A stretch of DNA of 64,000 bases from Lepidodermella squamata. Its lineage: Eukaryota; Animalia; Gastrotricha. The DNA lies in contig JBLDXI010000028.1 of the NCBI GenBank assembly GCA_047495785.1, forward strand, positions 868,001 to 932,000. Direction: 5' to 3'. Made by a program: the position numbers and the translations under genes. Below are positions 40,931 through 52,800 of the stretch, piece by piece (position 1 is the first letter of the stretch; each line of letters begins with the position of its first letter). Under the pieces are notes generated by a model that did no database searches, was not told where the DNA came from, and saw only the letters and a program-made list of their open reading frames with translations.

Positions 40931-43900
40931 TCACCTGACAATCACATTGTAGCAGTAGGCGTGAATTGCGACAAAAGAAGCCAGACTCAGGACGAAAGCG
41001 ATCAAATCGCAGAAGCGAACTAGTCGAAATTTGCCCAATTTCCTTTCGTTGACCTTTGAATTCGCTATGATGACTGTTGCCATCTGATACAATGTGATGA
41101 CTGCCGTAAAAATTCCCAGGGCTGTGACGTAGTCGGCGAGAAGAGTTCGACCTGAAGTTTTCGGCAACTGCGAGCGAACATCAGACTGCGCAACTATCAG
41201 AGCTAAAAAGGATGTAACCGTAAAAGTTGGCCTTTCAGCCGTATCTGGCTCCAAAAGATAAGTCATAAGGTTCAGAGAAGCCAAAATTGCACTCGGCATC
41301 ACCAAATTGGTCATGTACCAATCCGGAATGCGTTGTAGCACAACTTGACACTCAAAGCCATCGACAGGCAGTCCTAAGAAGGTTAACTCAACTGAGGAAA
41401 CGTTTATCGCCTTCAGACGCCATTCTTCAGTTTCAGACTCCTCGCGCCAATTGCAAATCGGCTGCTCTTTAAAGCGCAAAGTCCTCTTAGCACGCACCAA
41501 ATGGAACTGAAATGTACAGGTTTGAGTATCGTAGGGGAACTTTGCTAGATCCAGTGGGCAGTCTGATGTGAAAATTCCTTGCTTCAATAGCCAGAATTCA
41601 AGGTTCTGATAGCTATCCATCTCCGTAAGGACAACTGTTACTTCTTCAGGGAAGACAGTGTCCCCCAACATTGCATAGTTCGAATTTGCCGCGCTTGAGA
41701 ACGAGATGCGAGGCACCCAGACAGATTTTGATGTTGCTACATAAACGAACTCACGACTTTTGCCAAAACTTACGAATTGATCCAACGCGCAGGTTGTTAC
41801 GTTCCAGTCAGCGACGAATAGGCCTGCAGCTGACATAGATTGTTCAACCGTGTCGATGCCTTGTAGCTTCGATATTTCAAAACCAAAGGTTACTAGCATT
41901 GCTGATCCGTTGTTGGGCGGGACTGATAGGCCAGGATCGAAATCGTGGCATTCGCGCATAACTTGGTCTATCGCCAACGGGGTCATTGAAGGATCTGGCG
42001 GAGCTGGGATGAGCCGTTGAGTAATAGACTGCCGACTCATTGTGCCAGTTGCAACAGGGCTGATTGTGCCACTTTTTACAGTGGTAGCGGACGGTATCGT
42101 CATGTAAGGCGGTGATGTTGTAGATTTCTGAGTTGAGCGCGCTGTTGTGGTCTTCAAACTTGTCGTTGAAGATGAGTAAGTTGTTGTGCTTGAAGCCAGA
42201 CCTCCAGCATAAGTCCTGACGCTGAATACGTTAATTTCCTGTGAGATAGATGTCGCTCGTGTTCCGATGCCCAAAATTAAAGGCCCATTCGAGCTGAGAC
42301 CGGGGACTAGGACTTGGTTAGCAATCTTAATGATGTTATTGTCAGAACCAGTCATTTCAGCCTGGAAAATCAGAATTTTTGAACTTGGAGTGAAAAGAAG
42401 AAATGAGCAGCTACATACAGAAACACTATCGCCGGCCAATTCTAACTTCAGTCTTAGTTTCCCGTTTAGCACATCAGGATTTAGGCTCATCCAAGGGACC
42501 AAGGATGGAGGTGAGGTGATTGGAGTAGATGTCAAGTAAGCACTTGCTACCAGTCCGATTTGGCTACTCGACCTTGGGTTAACTATCAAATGTAGACCCC
42601 GGTATGGATACTGCACGTAGTAACTCGATTGGACTGAAATGAAATTAGTTGTTAGATTGCTTGGCAATAAAATTAGCAAGTCTACAATTAAATTTTGAGC
42701 TGTTTAATGATTCAGAGTTGACAAAAAAAATGTCGAGACCCTCAGCATTGCCAGTCACGCTTAAAGAAACATAGACCATTAAACTTGTGTATGCGCTCAA
42801 GTTGATCGGCTGTATAAAAATATGTCAATTATCGCAAAGAAAAAAGTCCTCGCAGTTACGAGTCGCGAATACACGGCCGATGCAAAACCAGAGCCAAGGT
42901 GTAGCTGTAAAGAAGGTGTCGATGTTGTAGTTGGCGCTTTCGGTGTGGTGACATCCTGACTTTCATTAAATTTAGCACGGACAATCCAGTCATCTGAATG
43001 GCTTTGAAGATTAAAGCGCGAAGATTATTGTTATACGAGATTAATTACCGAGGTTGTAGCCATCGAAAGAGTAATTTGGTAGGTATATTCCTGAAATTCA
43101 TGATGTGAATTAGGTTCCCGTCATACTTTTTGAAATACCGGTTCCGCCAGATTGATCGGCCATCGTTCTAGTTGGAATGGACTTAGAGACAGTTATTGAG
43201 TAAACCCGAACATTCGTGAGGCCTCCTCCTGTAAATGCCGCAATCCCAACAATCCATGGACCGCTGGTTAGTATTCCTCGGCAGGCCTCGTTTTCCGCTA
43301 TTGGAACTTGGGCCCCGTTAGCCGAAACCATTGATGCCTTGATGGATAATTTTCATCTTCATAATTTCTTCATTTTGCCAGCTTACAGAGACTGAGCCGT
43401 AACTAATGGTCAGTCGATAAGTTGCATAATTGATATTCAAGCCATTAGTGTAAGAGGTTGTCGTGTTGACGCCCGGCCGCATCGAGTCGGCTTGTGTTGA
43501 CCAAGGGTAACTATAGGCAAGAATCACCCTATTGCCACTTGGATGATTCACGAACGAGTACAGATAAATGCCTTTGTACCGCTCGTTTGCTAAATCAAAC
43601 AAAGATAATTTGAATCTATTGAAACTTTAAGGGCTAACTGTTAAAATTGAAATCTTCAGCCGGAACCGTGAATATAGCAAAACCGCCGTCAAGAGTACTT
43701 TGTAGCTGTGCGACAACTTCTATTTGAATATCTGACCCACTAGCGTTCAGAAACTGTTTCGAGAAACTGATTAAATCAGTTATTCTACGGCATGGTTCTT
43801 ACTGTCTTGCTGTACATGTAAGCCGTATAGTTGCGCAAGCTGTCTTTGAGAAGCACAATGCCGTTTGAACCATCTAGGGCGTATGTCAATGACAATGGTA

Positions 43901-46900
43901 CTTTGTTGGTGCCGACTGGTTTCATGTAGAACTGCCAGTTGTCTGAAAAATATGTGATATTAAGCACCCTAATTGATAAAAGGGGAACATGATGACTTAA
44001 GCTTGACCCGTCAAATGACAGGCTTGGAACGAGTGACCAGTTGCTGGCGATTGGAGGTTTAGCTATCGATGCCGCTTTATATAGCTTAATAGATTGGACT
44101 AGCACAGTGTTAGCGGCTTCACTTGGTGCAGATATTCCCACCACCCAAGGCCCAGCCTTCAAAAATCCAGGAATCTTGACATCCTGTGCAAGCTGCGCGG
44201 GTTGATCGCTCGAGAAGAAAGTTACCTGAAAAATCCAAGGTGCCGGGGTAATTCTACCCATAAAATCTCACATTGACTCACATTGAGCCTTTCATCGTTC
44301 GTTATCGTGAATTCGAAGCAAACATCCGTTGCATTACTCACTGATCGAGAGGCCATAATTATTCGTGTCGCGGAAGCATCGTCGTTAGGTTGGTCGTCGT
44401 AAAACAGCCGCAAGTTTTCCACGTTTTGGAGGCTATTCAGCTGTACACCAAGGCCTTTGAACTTGTTCGCAAGATAGGCGAAATTTCCGGCTGAAATTTT
44501 GAAAAATTCTGTGTTTATCACTAAAATATTACAAATCGCTTACTTGGGTAGCCTGCTGCCAGGTGAGAAGCTGGCACGAAAAACACATTCACGCTACTGC
44601 CCGAACTTTTACCAGTACAGTATGCGACCTTGAGGTCTAGACCTTGCGGAATATCCTTAATGGTAAAATTCGACAAGGACAATTTCCACCACGGATAAAC
44701 TTTAAGCAGAAGGTTTTGATTACCCGAGTTGAATATAAAACCGCCTGTTGAGCCTCCATGTTGGACCATATCAGTGGGTACCCAATCGGAGAAATTAATG
44801 CGCCCGACGAAATTGCAGTTCCGTTGTTCAACTTGGCGGCTACGGCATAGTTGTCTGAGGAGAAAACAGGTGAAGTAAAGTGTCACTCGTGTCTAAAGGA
44901 AATTAGCAATTTTGCGATGGAAAATGTGATGTACTTCGTCGCAAAGAATGCGAAGTGGCGATGTCAGGCATCGAGATATAAAACTGAGCATTCTTTGTGG
45001 TCTATATTTTTTAAGCCGCATCGCTAAAGCGGGCGGATTTATTGCTGCTCCTAACAACCAACTGGTCCTAAAGATCTTAAAATGCGCTCTGTTTCCTACC
45101 GTCACCTATGCCTGGAAACCTGGAACCTGGAACTTATGACTACCTGTATTAGATCCGTCGAAGCTGAAATTAGGATCTAGTTGCCAGTCCTGCCCTGGGC
45201 TGTTCAGGTAATAAGTAGCGACGCTAAGCACGTCGACCCCGCCGAGCTCGCGTGGCTAAAATATGATTAAGTTTCATTGCACTTGCGGAAACTTCAAGAT
45301 AGCTTACAATTACTTGGCCTGACGTTGAGGCGGCAACTCCTAGCTGAAGATCCCCAAAGTAGCTGTCAAAGCCAGTAATACTGATGCCATCAAATATCCT
45401 CGTTGTACTGTTGTTGTACTGGCGCCAAACGCTGAGTTTCTCATCAGCAATTTCAACGACGATAAGATTGTACGCTGTTGATAGACCATTCACGCCAGTT
45501 GCCATAGCTATTCGTAATGTCTGAGGGGCATCAGTGTAAAATTGTCCGTCACTGATTCGAACCACGGCACGGCTGTATAAGACTATTGCGATATTACGAG
45601 CTGGGTTGAAAATGATGCCAAGACCACTGAAATAGTTCTTATTGATATTGAGACGATCACCTTATATGGAAATGAATGCTTTGTAGCAAAATTATAACCA
45701 AACTGAAGGTATCTCACCTCCGCGAGCTGTTTTGGCTTTATCAACAACCCAAATGGCAAAAGGGGCTCCCAGAGCGTTGCTCTGAGTAGTGAATGATTTC
45801 AACAAAACCTCGATGCGCAAGTTGTGTTGTGATATAGCCTATAATAATATAATTAAAGATGAAACGGGCCTTAACAGAACTTCGTCGTCATTTTCACCGA
45901 GGAGCACCATAAGGCGCCTGTTTGAATTGCTGTTGTATCATCGATCATGCGAACAGCAAGATCACTCTGCTGCACACGAGATATCATTCCATAACTTCGC
46001 CATGTACCAGCATTCTTTGTTAACATGATTGATGCTAATGGCAGCGAGAGCTCTGAAGCGTAGTTCAGGCTGAGATCGCTGCGCATTAGTGGCATTTCAG
46101 GCGAGGGACTGGCTTTTGGAACTGTTACATGAGATATCGAGAGGTGAAAGCTCCTGTAGAAGGTAGCTAAATACGCGATTACCCATTTTGCAGATGAGCA
46201 AATATTCCCTCAACTGGTCAATTGTGATTACCGTGCTGAAGATACCGTAACAAGATACAGAACCAGCAAAGCTGTAGTTTGTAGGTGGACTGTCAATAGA
46301 AAAAGCATATGCTTTGAAGAGCTTCAGAGTATGGAACGATAATTTTCATAAAACTTAACCTGGCCCCGATGCGCATGCCAGCGCTAGCCACTCTTTTTAC
46401 TCCGCTATATCCTATACTGCGGACCTGTGCCGTGTCAAGAATTAGGGAAGCCGTATTGCTTGGATCTGAGTATTGAAGACCGAGTTGCAACCACTCGTTG
46501 CTGATAACTTTATTCGTAGTCGGTGTCCCGAACCCTTGCAATCCCGGACTAAAGACGAGTTGATCATAGCCAGCTATTGTTACATAAGGTCCAGACGGTA
46601 CGTATTGAAAAACAGGTCCGTAAGAAGCTGGTGGCTGTAGTTTCACCATCCCAAGAACTGTCCAGGAATCGTTTAGGATTCGCAGTTCTTGCCAAGGAAA
46701 TTCTATGCAGCTATTCGCATCTTGCCCGACGGCGAACGAAGTTCCAATGGCTCCGGTAAACCCTGCTATTGAGTAGTCAACTACCGCCTTACTGTTATTG
46801 CACAACCGGCCGTGGTACTCATTACCGCTCAAGTCTTGCAATTGAGTTACGCTCGTTAGCGGCCAGAAAGCGACTGGAACTAGATAGTAAAACGAAACTC

Positions 46901-47001
46901 GTTGGTGAAACCCGATGCAATAAACTCAGCAGTGTCTCACGGCTAAAAGCTGATTGAAATATCAGTAAAAAATTCAACCCGACGAGAATGTTGACGGCCA
47001 T
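40931..47001 (-). CDS. Cys-loop ligand-gated ion channel subunit with N-terminal LamG + about 4 L-type lectin-like domains + Ser/Thr stalk (paralog A, about 20 exons, about 1,600 aa)
   Basis: Signal exon MAVNILVGLNFLLIFQSAFS (ATG 47001). LamG start PVAFWPLTSVTQLQDLSGNEYHG. Repeats with F(S/K)GLG and GxxAxT motifs. Last exon 40931-42361 carries WVP, Cys-loop CPLDLAKFPYDTQTC, EEW, LQR and M1-M4. The splice junctions I traced keep frame. Confidence 0.85.
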
Positions 47002-47544
47002 CACTCTCACTGGTTATTATTTCTATCCTGTAGAAAAAACATCTGCGGGAATGTAAAACTATGCCGAGCAATTATGTCAGGTATACATTTTATATCTCTT
47101 GCTACTGCCATATCTTCGCGAGTTACTGTTGTTTCTTGCCCTGCTAATTTATTGTTACCATGGGCCTAATTAAAATAAGTCTCTTTGATGCCTCCGTAAC
47201 AAATTCTACGCGAATAACATGCCGAGCGCCGTCCCTCTCGCAGCTTATTATTGCTATCCTAGATGGCAAATGGAAAACGAAAAATGAACACGGCGTGCAG
47301 AAAATCGAAATCAGGGTTTGCCGAGCAATTATTATGGCAGTTATATGTTTTTAATTAGCACATATTCATAATAATATCCGTCTTCGTTGCGGTTTCAGAC
47401 AGCGTGTCCGATGCTGAATTAATTGCATTCAGAGATATTTTTTTCGAGTGAAATCAATCCAACAGCTTATTATTTCTATCCCCGAATGGTAGTTTTAACA
47501 CAAAAACACGTGCGAAAACTCCCAATTAAAGTATATTTATCAGG

Positions 47545-47760
47545 GGCCCAAATATCTGCACCACTGAAAATGAGTTTCCAGCACTCAATTTTTCAGATTC
47601 TTTTCTATTACGGCGACTTCGGTTTTTGATCGATACTGATGCCCTCCCTGATCCTGATTGGATATTTATTTAGCTACAAGGTACAAGGTGCCCCAAGCTA
47701 CGTAGAAAAATTTGGGGTTCCAAGACGGTTGATATCGAGGAAATCACTGATTTCTGATTT
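47545..47760. repeat. Second (partial) copy of the MITE family at 38730-39143
   Basis: Shared blocks TGCACCA.T.AAAATGA..TTCCAGCACT, TTTTTCAGATTC, TTAGCTAC, CTACGTAGAAAAATT, TGATATCG.G.AAATCACTGATTT. Confidence 0.7.
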
Positions 47761-48449
47761 GCTTTTACCACGCCTACAATTGCATAACTTGAAGCGCCGC
47801 GCAAGAGTATTTTGCATTAATTTTCAATTGCGTAACCCGTATCTGGTTCGAGATCGTTTGCGAATTTGAATTTCGTGAACTATGCTATGTTATGTTACGA
47901 CGTGATGAGCGACTACAATTGAACAACGAACCTTGGCGACCTCAAAATAACACCAGGCCTTGACCCCTACCGATTTTTTCAATTTTTGAACTTCCGCGTC
48001 CAAGCTATCAAATATTACCAATTTTAAATCCATTTTTCTAAATAAATTTTGAAACTCTAACATTAATTAGGTTTTAATTAGCTGCATTTTCGGCCGGTTT
48101 TTAGTCAAACATTGGGGACGCTAGCAAAGCGTTAGCTGGCGCTATTTTTGGTAAAATTGCTGGATGAGTGACCATAAAATGAATCAAGTCTTCGCATTTT
48201 GAAGTTTTATCAGAATCATCAGGCGACCCCCGTGACCCCGAGCTGGCTCGGCGACCCCCGGAAAAAGGGCCCACGACCTGGGTCGTTCCCACTGAAAGAG
48301 GGCTCACAGTCCTAAAACTTCCCACTTAAATTTTTATAGGAGTATAAGCCAGTTTTATGGGAATGGTGGCACACTTTTTGCGGCCCTGCTCTGTGGAATG
48401 ATCAACATTAAAATTAAAATTTATTTTATTTCTTTTTCGACCTTAATTT

Positions 48450-48620
48450 TTCGAAATGTCTTGGGTCAAGATGTCGCCATCTATTTTTGAAATAAATTAA
48501 TTATTATGGGAATAGTTGGGCCAAGATGACGGTTGGGACAGTGTGTCGCAGGTCAAAATGTCGTTGGGTCGAAATGTTACGTTGGGCCAAGGTGTCTTGG
48601 GTCAAAATGACGCACTCCCC
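48450..48620. repeat. Array of about 16-bp subrepeats (TTGGG(T/C)CAA(G/A)ATG(T/A)C), likely the subterminal end of a non-autonomous DNA transposon
   Basis: About 7-8 imperfect copies visible. Confidence 0.55.
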
Positions 48621-48892
48621 AATAGATAGTACCCGAGCTCATTTTTGGACCCCAGCCTGAATAAGCCCCCTTTGAAACAATATGATACGAATTACTGGAT
48701 GTTAATTCGGCATATACGGTAGTTTTGTGCTGGACGGTTTTTATTCCAAAGTAAAGGCCAGGCGAATCTCTATCGATTGAATATGAGATTCTCACATGAA
48801 AACGAACGAACGTAACACTTATTTATTGTCCTTACACGACATGCTCAGTTAATAAATTTAAAAGCAAAACAAAACCAAAAAATTAATTGGAA

Positions 48893-49008
48893 ATTAATAG
48901 GAAGTCTTTCGCGCACATCTTACATTTCTGGAATTAGGAGATTAAAGAGCGCGCGCCCTCAATCCGTGCGCAAAATGTAAGGTGCGCGTAACACTTTTTC
49001 CTATTAAT
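48893..49008. repeat. Imperfect palindrome/hairpin (MITE-like)
   Basis: ATTAATAGGAA..CGCGCAC..CTTACATTT pairs with AAATGTAAG.GTGCGCG..TTCCTATTAAT. Confidence 0.7.
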
Positions 49009-49883
49009 GTTTTCACGCGAGATCTCAAGCGCAGTAGAAACGTGTTCATTTGATGGACAATCGATTCCATAAATGAGTGGTTGCGAGCTTTTCATTGTAA
49101 GGTCCATGCCAAGATAAATTCCAATTACTCTATAAATTCCAAGCTTTCGTAAAACGCCAAATAATCATAATGCTTTTTCTGATGGCTATATGATCGAAAG
49201 ATATCCCAATGAGATAACTGCTAGTCAACAACTGGACAAGTTATCTCTTGAATACACAATTTCATAGTTAACTAGGTTGTTGATCACAGCCATCCTTTAA
49301 AACAAATGGAGGGAAAAATTATTTTCTCATTCAGAGAAAGGCTATTCTCATTCGGTTGCAGCTAGAAAAGTATGGCAACTTTCGCGTCGATCGGGGCGCG
49401 CGCACTAATTCCGTTTGCCTAATTACCCTTGGTCAGGAGACTCGTTAGAGACTCAGAGACATCAAGCGTGACAAGAGACATCGCCCCGCACGCCCAACCA
49501 ATGGATAGATGACGATATACAAGGGCCGGCATAGGGCCGGTGTTATTTTCAATTGGATTAAAGGGCGTGAAGTGCCAAACTCATCGCGGTTTACGCTATG
49601 CCACTCGGAGTCGGAGAAGAGTTGCGACTCCATGGCTGTCGACTCACCCCCACATCCTAGCGACTCGAGTTGCGACTCCGCAGTATAGAGTATAGAATCA
49701 AGTCATCAATAGAAACAACAGAAGAGGGCTTTTTATTTTTCTGAATGATATTTATAGGCAATTTCACTTGATGATAGAAATTTAGCGAAAGAAGATCTAA
49801 GATCAGCACAAAGCAAACTATTAATCAGTATTTATCGAGATCAGGAATTCCGAGGCCTGAGGTAAAGGCTATCATTTGATTCA

Positions 49884-52800
49884 TCACCTGACAATTACGC
49901 TGTAACAGTAAGCGTGAATTGCAACGAAAGAAGCCAGACTCAGGACGAAAGCGATCAAATCGCAGAAGCGAACTAGTCGAAATTTGCCCAATTTCCTTTC
50001 GTTGACCTTTGAATTCGCTATGATGACTGTTGCCATCTGATACAATGTGATGACTGCTGTAAAAATTCCGAGAGCTGTGACGTAGTCGGCGAGAAGAGTT
50101 CGACCTGACGTTTTCGGCAACTGCGAGCGAACATCAGACTGCGCAACTATCAGAGCTAAAAAGGATGTAACCGTGAAAGTTGGCCTTTCAGCCGTATCTG
50201 GCTCCAAAAGATAAGTCATAACATTCAGAGAAGCCAAAATCGCGCATGGAAGCACTAAATTGGTCATGTACCAATCCGGAATTCGCTGCAGCACAACTTG
50301 ACACTCGAAACCATCGACTGGCAATCCTAAGAATTTCAACTGAACTGAGGAAGCATTTATCGCCTTTAGGCGCCATTCTTCAGTTTCAGACTGCTCACGC
50401 CAATTGCAAATTGGTTGTTCGTTAAAGCGCAAAGTCTTCCTGCCACGAACGAAATGAAACTGAAATGTACATGTTTGAGTGTCGTAAGGGAACTTTGCTA
50501 GATTCAACGGGCAATCTGACGTGAAAATGCCCTGCTTGAGCAGCCAAAATTCAAGGTTCTGATAGCTATCCAGTTGCGTGAGGACAACTGTTACTTCTTC
50601 CGGAAAGACAGTGTCCCCTAACATTGCGTAGTTCGAATTTGCCGCGCTTGAGAACGAGATGCGAGGCACCCATACAGATTTTGATGTCGCTACGTAAACG
50701 AACTCGCGACGCTTGGCGAAACTTACAGATTGGTTCAAAGCGCATGTCGTTACGTTCCAATCAGCGACAATAAGACCAACGGCTGATATAGATTGCTCAA
50801 CTGTGTCGATGCCTTGTAATTGTGTAATCTCGAAGCCGAAAGTTACTAGCGTTGCTGATCCGCTGTTTGGCGGTACAGAGAGGCCGGTGTCGAAGTCGTG
50901 GCATTCAAGCAGGATTTGGTCTATTGTCAACGGGTTCGTCGAAGGCTCTGGGGGTTCTGGAATAAGTCTCTCAGTGATAGACTGCTGGCTAATTGTGCTT
51001 TGGCTAGTTTCGCTAGCAGCAGCTGACGGGACGTTATTTTTCCTCGCTGAAGTTGTCGCATACATCAGAGCTCCTAAGCGTGTTGTCGACATCGCAGGCG
51101 TTGAACTTGTTGTTGAAGTTGAGTAACTCGTTGTGCTCGAAAATAGACCTCCTGCATAAGTTCTGACGCTGTGAACGTGAACTCCTTGCGATACTGTGCT
51201 TGATCGACATCCGATTCCTAACACCAAAGGTCCATTCGAGCTGAGGCCGGGGACTGGGAGTTGGTTAGCAATCTGAATAGCCCTAATGCCAGGAACTGTC
51301 ATTTCCGCCTGCGAAATCGGACCTTTTTAACTTGCAGTCAAAGGAAATGTGCAATTACGTACAGAAACATTGTCGCCGACCAATCTCAACTTAAAGTTTA
51401 TTTTACCATTGAGATTAGAGTTCACGCTTATCCAAGGGACTAAAGATGGAGGCGAGCTGACAGTTAAAGACGTCAAGCTTGAACTTGCCACTAGCCTAAT
51501 TTGACTCGTTGATGAAGGGTTCAAGATCAAATGTAGACCACGGTATGGATATTGTACGTAGTATGAACTCGTCGCAACTAAAAAATGACGGCGAAAACTT
51601 AAACTCGACTGATTCGGCGTACTTACGAGTCCATTTTGAGCTGTTTAGCGATTCAGGGTTGACAAGAAAAATGTCCACGCCATCAGACTTGCCAGTCAAA
51701 CTCAATGACACGTAGACCGTCGTTTCCCTTACACTCAAGGTGACCGGCTATAACAAATAATTCAATTAGGTATCCGAAATAAAATGATAAGCACCCATTT
51801 ACGAGTCGAGAATACATGGCAGATGCAAAACCGGAGCCACAATGTAGTTCCAAAGAGGGCAATGATGTTAGAGTTGGGGCGTTGTTCGTTCCGACCTCTT
51901 GAGTTCCATTGAATTTTGCCCGGACTATCCAATCATCTGAGAAAAGGGAAAATAACACAGAAGGATTTCTAATCTATTGCTTTACCGAGGTTGCATCCAT
52001 CGAAAGAGTAATTCGGTAGGTAGATTCCTGTAGTGTCCTTTCTAAATGAGGTTGATTTTATTCTTTGTTAAATACCTGTCTCACCAGTTTGATCGACCGT
52101 CGTTCTAGAAGGAGTGGACTTTGAGACAGTTATTGAGTAAACCCGAACATTGGTAAGTCCTGCTCCTGAAGCTGCCGCAATCCCGACAATCCAAGGACCG
52201 TTTGTCAACACTCCTCGGCAGTTATCTGCTGTAGCAATCGGAACTTGGACTCCGTTAGCTGAAATCATTGCTGCCTATGGGAAATTTCCAGCTTATTATT
52301 TTGCTTCTAACAGCTATTGGCAGCTTACAGAGACTGAGTCATAACTAATGGTCAGTCGATAAGTAGCATAATTGATATTCAAGCCATTAGTGTAAGAGGT
52401 TGTCGTGTTGACACCTGGCCGCATCGAGTCGGCTTGCGTTGACCAAGGATAGCTGTATGCAAGAAACGCCCTATTGCCACTTTGATGATTCACAAACGAA
52501 TAGAGATAAACGCCTTTATACAGTCCGTTTGCTGCATCAAAAAAAAATACTTTGAATAAATTGGGGGGACTTCAAGCGCTAAAACCGTTAAAATTGAAAT
52601 CTTCAGCCGGAACCATGAAGATAGCGAAACTGCCATCGAGAGTGCTTTGCAGCTGAGCGACAACTTCTATTTGAATGTCTGACCCACTAGCGTTTAGAAA
52701 CTGTTTCGAGAAACTGATTAAATCAATCCTTCTACACGGCATATGGTTCTTACTGTCTTGCTGTACATGTACGCTCTATAGTCTTGTAGACTGTCATTGA

